Under the pieces are notes generated by a model that had not been told where the DNA came from, ran no database searches, and worked only from the letters and a program-made list of their open reading frames with translations. From positions 97,521-161,520 of IMG/VR virus record IMGVR_UViG_3300027747_003534: 64,000 nucleotides of DNA, one strand, 5' to 3'. Below, one piece after another: positions 49,190 through 57,326 of the stretch; the first letter of the stretch is position 1, and each line of letters opens with the position of its first letter. The translations under genes and the position numbers were made by a program. The stretch comes from a virus.

Positions 49190-49495
49190 CTATGGTCTGT
49201 TTTTTACCTTATCTAAATACACCGAGCAATCCTCTATGACCATTTTATTGTAACTCTTAAAATTCATTAAATGACCGAATAATAAATGACAAGGATTAGC
49301 ACAAAGAGTAACTAAATTTGAAGGGGTCAGCTCAAGTTCTGGACTAATATGTACTGGTATTTTATGATGAACTTCCAGTTTTGAGTTTCGTCCACAAGCA
49401 GCACATAAAGGATATTTTTTTAGATGTTCTTTACGAACATTGGTCCACTTAGGAGATCTTGTGGCATATCTTATTTTTTTAAAAAATCCAAACAT
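49190..49495 (-). CDS. Small HNH endonuclease
   Basis: RSPKW..CAACG..EVHH..NLVTLC..CH. Confidence 0.88.
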   Translation of the reverse strand: MFGFFKKIRYATRSPKWTNVRKEHLKKYPLCAACGRNSKLEVHHKIPVHISPELELTPSNLVTLCANPCHLLFGHLMNFKSYNKMVIEDCSVYLDKVKNRP

Positions 49496-49540
49496 AAATT
49501 TATATTCCCATATAAAATAGTTATTATAGCCAATTTATAT

Positions 49541-49562
49541 TGTACACCATAATTAGTGTATA
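49541..49562. promoter_or_regulatory. Back-to-back divergent phage-type motifs
   Basis: GGTGTACA (minus, 49541-49548) and AGTGTATA (plus, 49555-49562) between divergent genes. Confidence 0.55.
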
Positions 49563-49601
49563 GCAATAGTGTTAATATGCTTAAAGGGACTCTAAAACCT
49601 C

Positions 49602-50294
49602 ATGATTTCAATACTTACTTTAACTTACCATAGATATCATATTCTTGAAGAAGCTATCTATTCATTTTTATCTCAACATCAATCATTATATGATTGTGAA
49701 ATGGTAGTAATAAACGACTCCACATCTGTAGAATATTCTATAACAAATAATTTGTCTAAAGTACAGATTATCAATACTAAAAACAGATTCCCATCACTAT
49801 CGTCTAAACTTGAATTTGGTTATAAACAGTGTAAGTATGAAAACATCTACAGGCTAGATGACGATGATTTGTTGTGTCCTTGGGCTATAAAAAATGCTTG
49901 TGATGATATATTAAATAATCCTGGCCATGAGATTTATAGATCCCATGGACACTACTTCTTTACTGATAATAAATTTATTCAAATTAGTAATAACATAAAT
50001 AATGGAAATATTTATACAAAAAAATACCTAGATAGAATTACTTTTCCTAATAAAACATCTAATGAAGATGTAGAAATAACTTTTGAAAATAATGCTAAAA
50101 TTTATACATCAAAACTAAAACCAACAATGATATATAGATGGGGTATGAATACTTATCATATATCTGGACTAGGCACAGGCAATAGTATATTAGACAAAAT
50201 AGATAATATAGTAAATAAAGAAGAAGGAAAAATTATTTTAGATCCAAAATTTAAAAATAATTACTACCAAGAATTGCCGGACTATGTCAAATAA
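49602..50294 (+). CDS. GT2 glycosyltransferase
   Basis: ISILTLTY.R, VVINDS, RLDDDD, ED. Confidence 0.85.
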   Translation: MISILTLTYHRYHILEEAIYSFLSQHQSLYDCEMVVINDSTSVEYSITNNLSKVQIINTKNRFPSLSSKLEFGYKQCKYENIYRLDDDDLLCPWAIKNACDDILNNPGHEIYRSHGHYFFTDNKFIQISNNINNGNIYTKKYLDRITFPNKTSNEDVEITFENNAKIYTSKLKPTMIYRWGMNTYHISGLGTGNSILDKIDNIVNKEEGKIILDPKFKNNYYQELPDYVK

Positions 50295-51069
50295 AATAAC
50301 ATGTAATCTTGCTGGGAGATTGGGAAATAATTTATTTCAAATAGCATATTGTACAGCTATCTCCATAGATAATGATTTAAAATTTTTTATTCATAAAGAT
50401 AATCCTGGTGTTTATCATGAATATAAAAATAATATTCTCAAAAATATTTCATATTTAGATATTGATATTTCAGACTATACTCATGTTTTAGTATCTCATA
50501 ATTATAATCCAATTAAAATACCTAAAAATAAAAACTTAATTTTAACTGGATATGGTCAAACAGATAAATATTTCAATCACCATAAATCATTAATATGTTC
50601 TATGTTTGGACCCAATGATGATTTTATAAAAAAAAATAAACATATAATATCCAAGAATACTACAGCCATACATGTTAGACGTGGAGATTATTTATATTAT
50701 CCAAATATTCATCCAGTTATTTCTATAGAGTATATAAATTATTGTACAAAACTTATTGATTCTGATTCTTATATGATAAGTAGTGACGATATTGATTGGT
50801 GCAAATCAAATATAACTTTGCGAAATGCTACTTTTATTGATAAAACAGAACCTCTAGAAACACTATGGATATTATCCATGTGTAATAATTTTATTTTATC
50901 TAATTCTTCTTTCTCTTGGTGGTCAGCTTATTTATCTAAAACACAAGGAAAGGTCTTAATGCCATCTACTTGGTTTGGTCCAGAATTAAATATAACATGC
51001 GCAGACTTGGCTTGCTACGGATGGGATACTATTCCTACTTATTTCGATAATGGTCAAATTAAAGTATGA
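50284..51069 (+). CDS. Alpha-1,2-fucosyltransferase-like (GT11)
   Basis: GRLGNNLFQ, IHVRRGDY, SDDIDWC, SNSSFSWWSAYL. Confidence 0.9.
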   Translation: MSNKITCNLAGRLGNNLFQIAYCTAISIDNDLKFFIHKDNPGVYHEYKNNILKNISYLDIDISDYTHVLVSHNYNPIKIPKNKNLILTGYGQTDKYFNHHKSLICSMFGPNDDFIKKNKHIISKNTTAIHVRRGDYLYYPNIHPVISIEYINYCTKLIDSDSYMISSDDIDWCKSNITLRNATFIDKTEPLETLWILSMCNNFILSNSSFSWWSAYLSKTQGKVLMPSTWFGPELNITCADLACYGWDTIPTYFDNGQIKV

Positions 51070-52074
51070 TCACAACACCTTTGCTGCAATCAAACATCCT
51101 TTAGCAACTGCATGTAAGGGGTCCGCAGCATGTCTGACTACTTTAATCTTAAGTGGAAAATTATTATCTGCTAATTTTTTAGTAAATTCTTCGATATATC
51201 CATTAGCTTGAGATGTACCACCGGCTATAACTATAGTTAAAGCATCTTTGAATTTAGGTAAAGATTTATGACCAGTTAATGCAGCAGATAATTGTTTAGT
51301 TGTATAATCAATTAATCTTTCATAATAAGCTGACACAGCACCTAAAACTGGATTCTCTGTGGTTTCCCCGATTTTAAAACCACCGCCCTCCTTTTCTGCT
51401 TGAACAACACTGTCGGGTTCTCCTGTTGCCACAGCACTCATACGATCAATCCAGTCGCCACTCTTGGTGGTACTGAATACTACGGTAGGTTCACCATTCA
51501 ACATTACACAGACATTAGTCATTCCTGCTCCACAACTAATAGCTATGCCTGTGTATTCATCGTTTTCTAATTCGGCATAACAAAGAGCTTCTGCTTCATT
51601 AATTGATCTAGCACTATAACCACATTCCGCAAGAATAGTTTTGACAACATCTTCGTGGTATCCTACATCAAAATCTTCATCTTCTTGATCTACCGGTTGT
51701 GCTGGAACGCAGAATACCAATTTTTCACCCGGCTCTGAAGCTTTGCCCACTACTTCTTTAAGAATAAAAGCCAATACTCTTTTGGCATCTTTTTCTTTCG
51801 CTGAAACAACTCCTTTATACATTGGTCTTTTCGCTGTGTCATTTCTTTCTATGGCTTTTTCTATAGCGTCTTTACCTAAAAGAATAAAAGAACCATCGCT
51901 ATCTTTGATAAATACTTTTCCAGTTAATCCTTTCTCTATCATTTTTGTGGCAACTGGTGTCGTTGGTTTTATTACATAGAAAGCATCTCTAAAATCTTTA
52001 TATATTAAATTATTGTTTTCTTCTTTTGATAAAACTATATAGCTTGTTCCAACATCTAATCCGCATCCAGCCAT
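51070..52074 (-). CDS. Actin-family ATPase, volactin-like
   Basis: GLDVGT phosphate-1, INEAEA connect-1, GIAISCGAGMTNVC phosphate-2, IAGGTS adenosine, PLHAVAKG connect-2. Confidence 0.85.
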   Translation of the reverse strand: MAGCGLDVGTSYIVLSKEENNNLIYKDFRDAFYVIKPTTPVATKMIEKGLTGKVFIKDSDGSFILLGKDAIEKAIERNDTAKRPMYKGVVSAKEKDAKRVLAFILKEVVGKASEPGEKLVFCVPAQPVDQEDEDFDVGYHEDVVKTILAECGYSARSINEAEALCYAELENDEYTGIAISCGAGMTNVCVMLNGEPTVVFSTTKSGDWIDRMSAVATGEPDSVVQAEKEGGGFKIGETTENPVLGAVSAYYERLIDYTTKQLSAALTGHKSLPKFKDALTIVIAGGTSQANGYIEEFTKKLADNNFPLKIKVVRHAADPLHAVAKGCLIAAKVL

Positions 52075-52077
52075 AAA

Positions 52078-52410
52078 TCACCTCTTTAAATTTTTAAGTT
52101 TATTTATTGATCCAGATATGTCATCTCCTGAGTTTTTTATATCGCCCAAAGATTCATATTTTTTTTCTAAATTATCAGTTTTTATATCAGTTACAACTTT
52201 AGTATTATCAATAGATATTTTTTTATTTTTTGTTACACTATGATCAAAAAAATTTTTCGGCTTATCTACTATCAAATTAGATACACCGTTAACGGACTTG
52301 GACAAGCCGTAAAAATAGCCTATTAAAAACAAACACACCCCTATTGCTAGGAGTGTGATTGAGAATAAAATAATAGTTGGTAAATTTATAGCTATTGATA
52401 TTTCATTCAT
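52078..52410 (-). CDS. Membrane-anchored protein adjacent to the actin gene
   Basis: N-terminal TM; C-terminal helical tail DDISGSINKLKNLKR. Confidence 0.7.
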   Translation of the reverse strand: MNEISIAINLPTIILFSITLLAIGVCLFLIGYFYGLSKSVNGVSNLIVDKPKNFFDHSVTKNKKISIDNTKVVTDIKTDNLEKKYESLGDIKNSGDDISGSINKLKNLKR

Positions 52411-53326
52411 TTTTATATGAGCCTATCACCCTGCCTTTCTGAGTTCTAACAACATATCCTTTTCTGACTAGATATGGCTCAATACTATTTTCTATAGTTT
52501 CAATAGCAATACCAGTCAAAGAAGATATACTTTTTAGCCCAAGAGCAGAGCCTTTATGTTTAATAAGAACCGTTAAATACATCTTATCATACACATCCAA
52601 ACCGTTCTTATCAATCCCCTGATTATTGAATATATCATCAACAGTCATTTTTTGATCTGTATAATAGGCAATACAATTTTTGTACCACTGTAATCTTCCA
52701 TTAAGAATACGAGGCGTACCTTTGCTTCTTTTTGCTATCTCAAATAGATCAGTATCATTAATCATTAGTCCGAGTTTTTCAGCGTTTAACCTTGCCAGTT
52801 TAGCTAGATCATCATCGCTATAGAAACATAAATGTTCCTTAATTTGAAATCTATCATAAAAAGGTTGGCTTAATGATCCCCCGCTAGTTGTAGCCCCAAC
52901 AATTGTGAATTGAGGAAGTTCAATAGTCTCTGGTTTCTCTTTATCTTCATTATCTTTGTCTTTAACTGTGATATTAAGAACAAAATCTTCCATAACAGGA
53001 TACAAAAATTCTTCTACAATCTTAGGAAGTCTATGGATCTCATCAATAAACAAAACCGATCTTGGCTCTATGCCTACAATGTATGGCAAAATATTTTTAA
53101 TACTGCGAATAACAGCACCATTGATAGTATATAGGTTCACTCCCATTTCTGTAGCTATTGCACTAGCTATAGTAGTCTTACCAAGACCGGGAGGGCCGTC
53201 TATTAAAACATGAGGCATCACACCACCAGAGTTTTTACAACCAGAAACGATGATGCTAAGACGATTAGTAACTTGAGACTGACCAACAATCTCACTAAAG
53301 CATGTGGGTCTAATATTATTAGCCAT
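52403..53326 (-). CDS. ruvB: Holliday junction branch-migration ATPase RuvB
   Basis: IRP, GPPGLGKTT, FIDEIHRL, YPVMED, GATT, DRF, GTPR, EPYL, RTQKGR. Confidence 0.95.
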   Translation of the reverse strand: MANNIRPTCFSEIVGQSQVTNRLSIIVSGCKNSGGVMPHVLIDGPPGLGKTTIASAIATEMGVNLYTINGAVIRSIKNILPYIVGIEPRSVLFIDEIHRLPKIVEEFLYPVMEDFVLNITVKDKDNEDKEKPETIELPQFTIVGATTSGGSLSQPFYDRFQIKEHLCFYSDDDLAKLARLNAEKLGLMINDTDLFEIAKRSKGTPRILNGRLQWYKNCIAYYTDQKMTVDDIFNNQGIDKNGLDVYDKMYLTVLIKHKGSALGLKSISSLTGIAIETIENSIEPYLVRKGYVVRTQKGRVIGSYKNE

Positions 53327-53369
53327 AATTTTCTCCAAAATAGTTTTATAATTCCAAAATAAATATCAA

Positions 53370-53792
53370 TTAAGAATCTTTGTTTGTTTTATCATCTTCT
53401 TTTACCCAAAAAATAAAATCGTTTTTGTCAGTATCAAATGCGCTCTCCAATACTCCTTTGCTAACCAGAACATTTAGAATATTGCTAACCATTCTACTAT
53501 TAAGATCTTCTATTATTGATTGAAGTATCTTGTCTGTTAGACAATATCTTATTCTGTTTGTTTTTTTATTTATTTGTTTCTTAGCATGATTTTTAATAAT
53601 AGTAGCAGCTTCATCGTGTGTTAGTGTTTGATCCATCTCTTCTGTTTCTTTTTTTGTCATTTCATAGAGAGATGCGGTCATTGAATCGTCTGCTATCTCA
53701 TTTACCTCTCCGAAAAACTTAAATACTAAAGATCTAGAATGATCAACAAACTCATCAAAATTATTGATAAAAAACCATCTGTCATTGTTCAT
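53370..53792 (-). CDS. Hypothetical protein
   Basis: Likely start MNNDRWF at 53792; LVSKGVLESAFD wing-like end. Confidence 0.6.
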   Translation of the reverse strand: MNNDRWFFINNFDEFVDHSRSLVFKFFGEVNEIADDSMTASLYEMTKKETEEMDQTLTHDEAATIIKNHAKKQINKKTNRIRYCLTDKILQSIIEDLNSRMVSNILNVLVSKGVLESAFDTDKNDFIFWVKEDDKTNKDS

Positions 53793-54058
53793 GATATTGG
53801 TGCAGTGCCATCCTCGTATTTTGGTATATGAACCCACTCCAGTTTAGCAGAGAACTTGGGCTTGTAAATGGTGATGATGCTGTGCGTTTTGCTATCTTTT
53901 TCTATTACAGTTTCAGCTATTGCTCTATCCTCATTAAGAACTTTAGCTATGTTGACATTAACCTCTAACATTGTATTAAATCTATTATTATATTGGACCC
54001 TATTAAAGATTATCTCAAAATAAGTATTCATATTTATTTCCTTAGTTGCGACTGACAA
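53789..54058 (-). CDS. Hypothetical protein
   Basis: ORF in operon. Confidence 0.5.
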   Translation of the reverse strand: MSVATKEINMNTYFEIIFNRVQYNNRFNTMLEVNVNIAKVLNEDRAIAETVIEKDSKTHSIITIYKPKFSAKLEWVHIPKYEDGTAPIS

Positions 54059-54282
54059 TTGTTATGCTTATCTACAAAAGTTCTTTCAAAACCTAGCTCT
54101 GCTAGTATTGGCATCTTATGAAAGGTAATAGTAAATTTTACATTTCCAGAATCATCAGTCATTTTTGTCCATTCTACTCTTTGTGCTTTACTCATATGAG
54201 TAGCTAAGTCATAAGCAATATATGGAGTTTCTGTCAATGAACCAAAAACCATCGCTAAATATAAAAGTATTGCTGGTAACAT
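54034..54282 (-). CDS. Small exported/membrane protein
   Basis: Hydrophobic N-terminus. Confidence 0.55.
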   Translation of the reverse strand: MLPAILLYLAMVFGSLTETPYIAYDLATHMSKAQRVEWTKMTDDSGNVKFTITFHKMPILAELGFERTFVDKHNNCQSQLRK

Positions 54283-54292
54283 ACTTGTTCTT

Positions 54293-54700
54293 CTAGTTTA
54301 AGATATCAAACATCCCTTTATAATAATTTGGCTGTTGGAGAAAGTGAACCGCATGTGTTCTTAGGTGATTTTTATATTCATTATGTATCTTATCATGAAT
54401 AAAATATTGAGTTTTATATATCGGTTCTTTATAATGATTATTCCCCAAGTACAGGGAGTTTTTGAAGTTCCCTGATTTGGAGAAGTAATCATTCACAGGA
54501 ATCGACTTGAATGGAAAACCATGAACATACCATATATTAGGAGAAGATTCTACCATACCATTTAGAGTATCATATAGCATCTTACCCCAAGCATCCCACG
54601 CATCGGGATCAAACTTAAAGTATTTTTTATAATGACTCTCTAAATTGTCCTGACTACTATCGTATTCATCATAGTTGTCATCTTCATAATCTTCGTTCAT
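54293..54700 (-). CDS. Hypothetical protein
   Basis: 135 aa, acidic N-terminus. Confidence 0.6.
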   Translation of the reverse strand: MNEDYEDDNYDEYDSSQDNLESHYKKYFKFDPDAWDAWGKMLYDTLNGMVESSPNIWYVHGFPFKSIPVNDYFSKSGNFKNSLYLGNNHYKEPIYKTQYFIHDKIHNEYKNHLRTHAVHFLQQPNYYKGMFDILN

Positions 54701-54705
54701 ATAAC

Positions 54706-54963
54706 TTACCTATAACTGTATCTATTTTGAGAAGCCACATTCTTACGATTTCGTCCTCTGCGACCCTTAAAACCTAATCTTCTTATGATATTACAAATTG
54801 TTTGCCAACTAAGATAATACTTATTGCCACAGAACGTATTCTTTTGAAAGTAATAGTAAAGATCTCTTGCTGATCCCGACTCATTCATTAGTTCAATAAA
54901 TTTCTTCTTAGCTTCTTCATCATATAATAAAAGTTGCAAAAGAGGATTAGTATGTCTACCCAT
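54706..54963 (-). CDS. Small basic, possibly DNA-binding protein
   Basis: HTH-like SWQTICNIIRRLGFKGRRGR; AAGGAG Shine-Dalgarno. Confidence 0.6.
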   Translation of the reverse strand: MGRHTNPLLQLLLYDEEAKKKFIELMNESGSARDLYYYFQKNTFCGNKYYLSWQTICNIIRRLGFKGRRGRNRKNVASQNRYSYR

Positions 54964-54986
54964 TTGTTTTCTCCTTGTTTTTATAT

Positions 54987-55033
54987 GGTTGTGTCAAAGG
55001 GTATAGGATATTCCATACCCTTGACACAGAACC
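54987..55033. repeat. Long inverted repeat downstream of the RepB-like gene
   Basis: TGTGTCAA(A)GGGTAT-AGGATATTCC-ATACCCTTGACACA. Confidence 0.8.
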
Positions 55034-55034
55034 C

Positions 55035-56192
55035 TCAACCGATACAAAACTTATCACTAATTTGAGATGCAAGGTCTTTAGCAGAATTAGACAGAAACCT
55101 GTTGTTGCTAAAGTATAGCGGTGTTGAGACTTGATTAAGGAACTCCACGACCGTTTTTAAAAGCTTGGTCTGCTGACCATCAAGGTTCATATCCTCGTCA
55201 GGCAGAGCATCCTGTGAGTCCGTAGACACATCCTCGTCATCCACCAGTGTATCATCAATAGGATTAACTGGCATTGGATCACCATAAGTCTTTTGACCAT
55301 AGTGACCAGCAGCATATCCATATACAGCTTTAGTAGTTACATCTTCTGTACTATTGGTATATACTTCAGGATTCAAAGTTCTCATCTGGTTCAGAATGTT
55401 TGTAGCAACATTTACTGATACCGGAACCCCAGTAACATCAGACTGCTTATAAGCCTGAGCATAACCCTTATACCATTCGTCACTACACTTCTCAGGGATA
55501 ATCTGTAGGGTAGCCGGTTGACCAGTAAGAGCAGACTTTAGATCAGCAACATTAATAGGTTGACCAGTGCTACCGGGAAGCAGACTTGTAAAGTAAGGAG
55601 CCTTCTTCTCCCACTCTTTACGCCACCAAGTGTAAGGAACACGATAGATCTGATTTGGTTTAATAGCTCGCGGATCACCACCAAAATAGTTCACCAGCTT
55701 TTTCTGCAAGCCGTTCCAGAAAGTCTTATTTGAGCCAACAATGTTTCTTGAAGCATCATCAAAAATCCAGTAGCACTGATAACCATTACGAGTATCAACT
55801 ACCCAACTGGGCTTAACAGGAAACTCGTTGATCTTCTTTAGAAACTTCTTTTTGTGCTGCATAACAACGCTAGGCTTAAAATAAGTACCATCAGCATTTC
55901 TTCCAGCATCCATGTCGCAAAAACAGCAAGTAAATTGCTTGATAGCATAAAGCTTGCGACCACCATTTACATAGAAGTAAGCATCAGAATGATTATTAAT
56001 ATTTGCTTCAATCATCTCATTAAGATTATTAGTATGATTCATACTACTAATCTTCTTACGAGGATTACCATTATAAACAAAGATGTGACTTTGTTTAAAA
56101 GAATTCAAAAAAGTATCTCTAATACCACGATGATGATCAGCCGGATTATTATTTTTATCAAACGGATTAAAAGCCAAAGTATCGCTAAACAT
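55035..56192 (-). CDS. RepB-type (AEP-superfamily) primase domain protein
   Basis: YFYVNG, FCDMD, PSWVVDTRNGYQCYW, GGDP, IYRVP. Confidence 0.75.
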   Translation of the reverse strand: MFSDTLAFNPFDKNNNPADHHRGIRDTFLNSFKQSHIFVYNGNPRKKISSMNHTNNLNEMIEANINNHSDAYFYVNGGRKLYAIKQFTCCFCDMDAGRNADGTYFKPSVVMQHKKKFLKKINEFPVKPSWVVDTRNGYQCYWIFDDASRNIVGSNKTFWNGLQKKLVNYFGGDPRAIKPNQIYRVPYTWWRKEWEKKAPYFTSLLPGSTGQPINVADLKSALTGQPATLQIIPEKCSDEWYKGYAQAYKQSDVTGVPVSVNVATNILNQMRTLNPEVYTNSTEDVTTKAVYGYAAGHYGQKTYGDPMPVNPIDDTLVDDEDVSTDSQDALPDEDMNLDGQQTKLLKTVVEFLNQVSTPLYFSNNRFLSNSAKDLASQISDKFCIG

Positions 56193-56269
56193 TCGTTATT
56201 CCTTTTTCCAACTACCTACAATTTTGATATTGGGACAGTAAACACTACCATCAAAAGCAATATCTTAAA

Positions 56270-56349
56270 AGATGGTAACGGAATCGAACCGTTATTGTAT
56301 GATAGTAAAAACTATATAGGTACTATCTTACAAGTTCCAAACACCACCT
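56270..56349 (-). ncRNA. tRNA-like structured RNA (T-arm + acceptor stem, no D-stem, long hairpin in place of the anticodon arm)
   Basis: AACGG-UUCGAUU-CCGUU T-arm; AGGUGGU/ACCAUCU 7-bp stem; UUGUA.GAUAGUA/UACUAUC.UACAA stem. Confidence 0.65.
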
Positions 56350-56362
56350 TGACTATCAAGAA

Positions 56363-57232
56363 TCAATACTGGTCATCTTCATCGTCATAATCTTCATCAT
56401 CATCATCTTCATCTTCTTCTTCATCAAACTGATCCCAATAACTCTCGTCATAATCATTCAGATAATCATCGTCATCATCTTCATAATCGTCCTGACTAAA
56501 ATCAGCTTTATAAAGAGGCTTGAGCAATTCGCCCTCGTACTCACCAACTACTTCGTAGCGACAAGTGCGAAGCTTTTCATAGTTACAATCACTAGGGACG
56601 CTGACAACATCCTTGGGATTAATCTTTACGATCACAATACGGTCGCCAGCCTCAAGACTACCATAACCAGCAACATAATTCAATGCCCCAGCATGAAGTC
56701 CATTAGAACAACCACGACCACGATCATCATCTACTTTTGCTCGTTGCATTTGGCAGACCTGACCAACCCTATTGTCAAAAACTCCCTTATACTTATCCTT
56801 AAAGTCTGAACGAACAGCCTTATAAGCAAGGAAGAAACCATCTTCAGTGATAGGCAGATGCTCATGTTCCAAGAAATCATACAGTTCCTTCTGACTCTGC
56901 ATACTTGGATTTTCCATGAGATTATTCAGGAAATTAACAAGGGGCTGGAACGGCAATCCCTTGCTCATAAACTCCAGAATACGCTTACTGATACTACCAT
57001 GAACTTCTTCACCCTCATAAAGAACCTGTCCATTCTTGATCTCCACAAGACCGTCGCTGAAAGAAGCAACAGCTTTTTGAACATCAACAACTTCCAACAG
57101 TTCTTCTGCCGTAGCAGTAGGAAGTCTTTCCAGAATCAACTTATAGTTGATATGATCTGGAAGCACCTGATAACTCTGGTTATTAAGAACCAGTGTCAAA
57201 TTCCCATCCACAAACATAAACGGAACAGCCAT
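56363..57232 (-). CDS. rIIB: T4 rIIB-like protein
   Basis: LPITEDGFFLAYKAV, CSNGLH, VKINPKDVVSVP.D...KLRTCRYEV; acidic tail. Confidence 0.88.
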   Translation of the reverse strand: MAVPFMFVDGNLTLVLNNQSYQVLPDHINYKLILERLPTATAEELLEVVDVQKAVASFSDGLVEIKNGQVLYEGEEVHGSISKRILEFMSKGLPFQPLVNFLNNLMENPSMQSQKELYDFLEHEHLPITEDGFFLAYKAVRSDFKDKYKGVFDNRVGQVCQMQRAKVDDDRGRGCSNGLHAGALNYVAGYGSLEAGDRIVIVKINPKDVVSVPSDCNYEKLRTCRYEVVGEYEGELLKPLYKADFSQDDYEDDDDDYLNDYDESYWDQFDEEEDEDDDDEDYDDEDDQY

Positions 57233-57277
57233 AATCCAAACTCCTAGTTTCTAGTTACGATACCCTGTGATACTGTC

Positions 57278-57306
57278 ATTTTACACTAATCGGCAAGCTT
57301 GTCAAG
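57278..57306 (-). promoter_or_regulatory. Early promoter of rIIB
   Basis: CTTGACA-16 bp (contains TTGCCGAT)-TAAAAT. Confidence 0.7.
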
Positions 57307-57326
57307 GGGTCTTGAGAAATTTCTGA

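Noticed and set aside
56270-56349. Canonical tRNA or full tmRNA
   Set aside because: No D-stem, no 7-nt anticodon loop, no CCA and no room for a tag reading frame; kept only as a tRNA-like RNA
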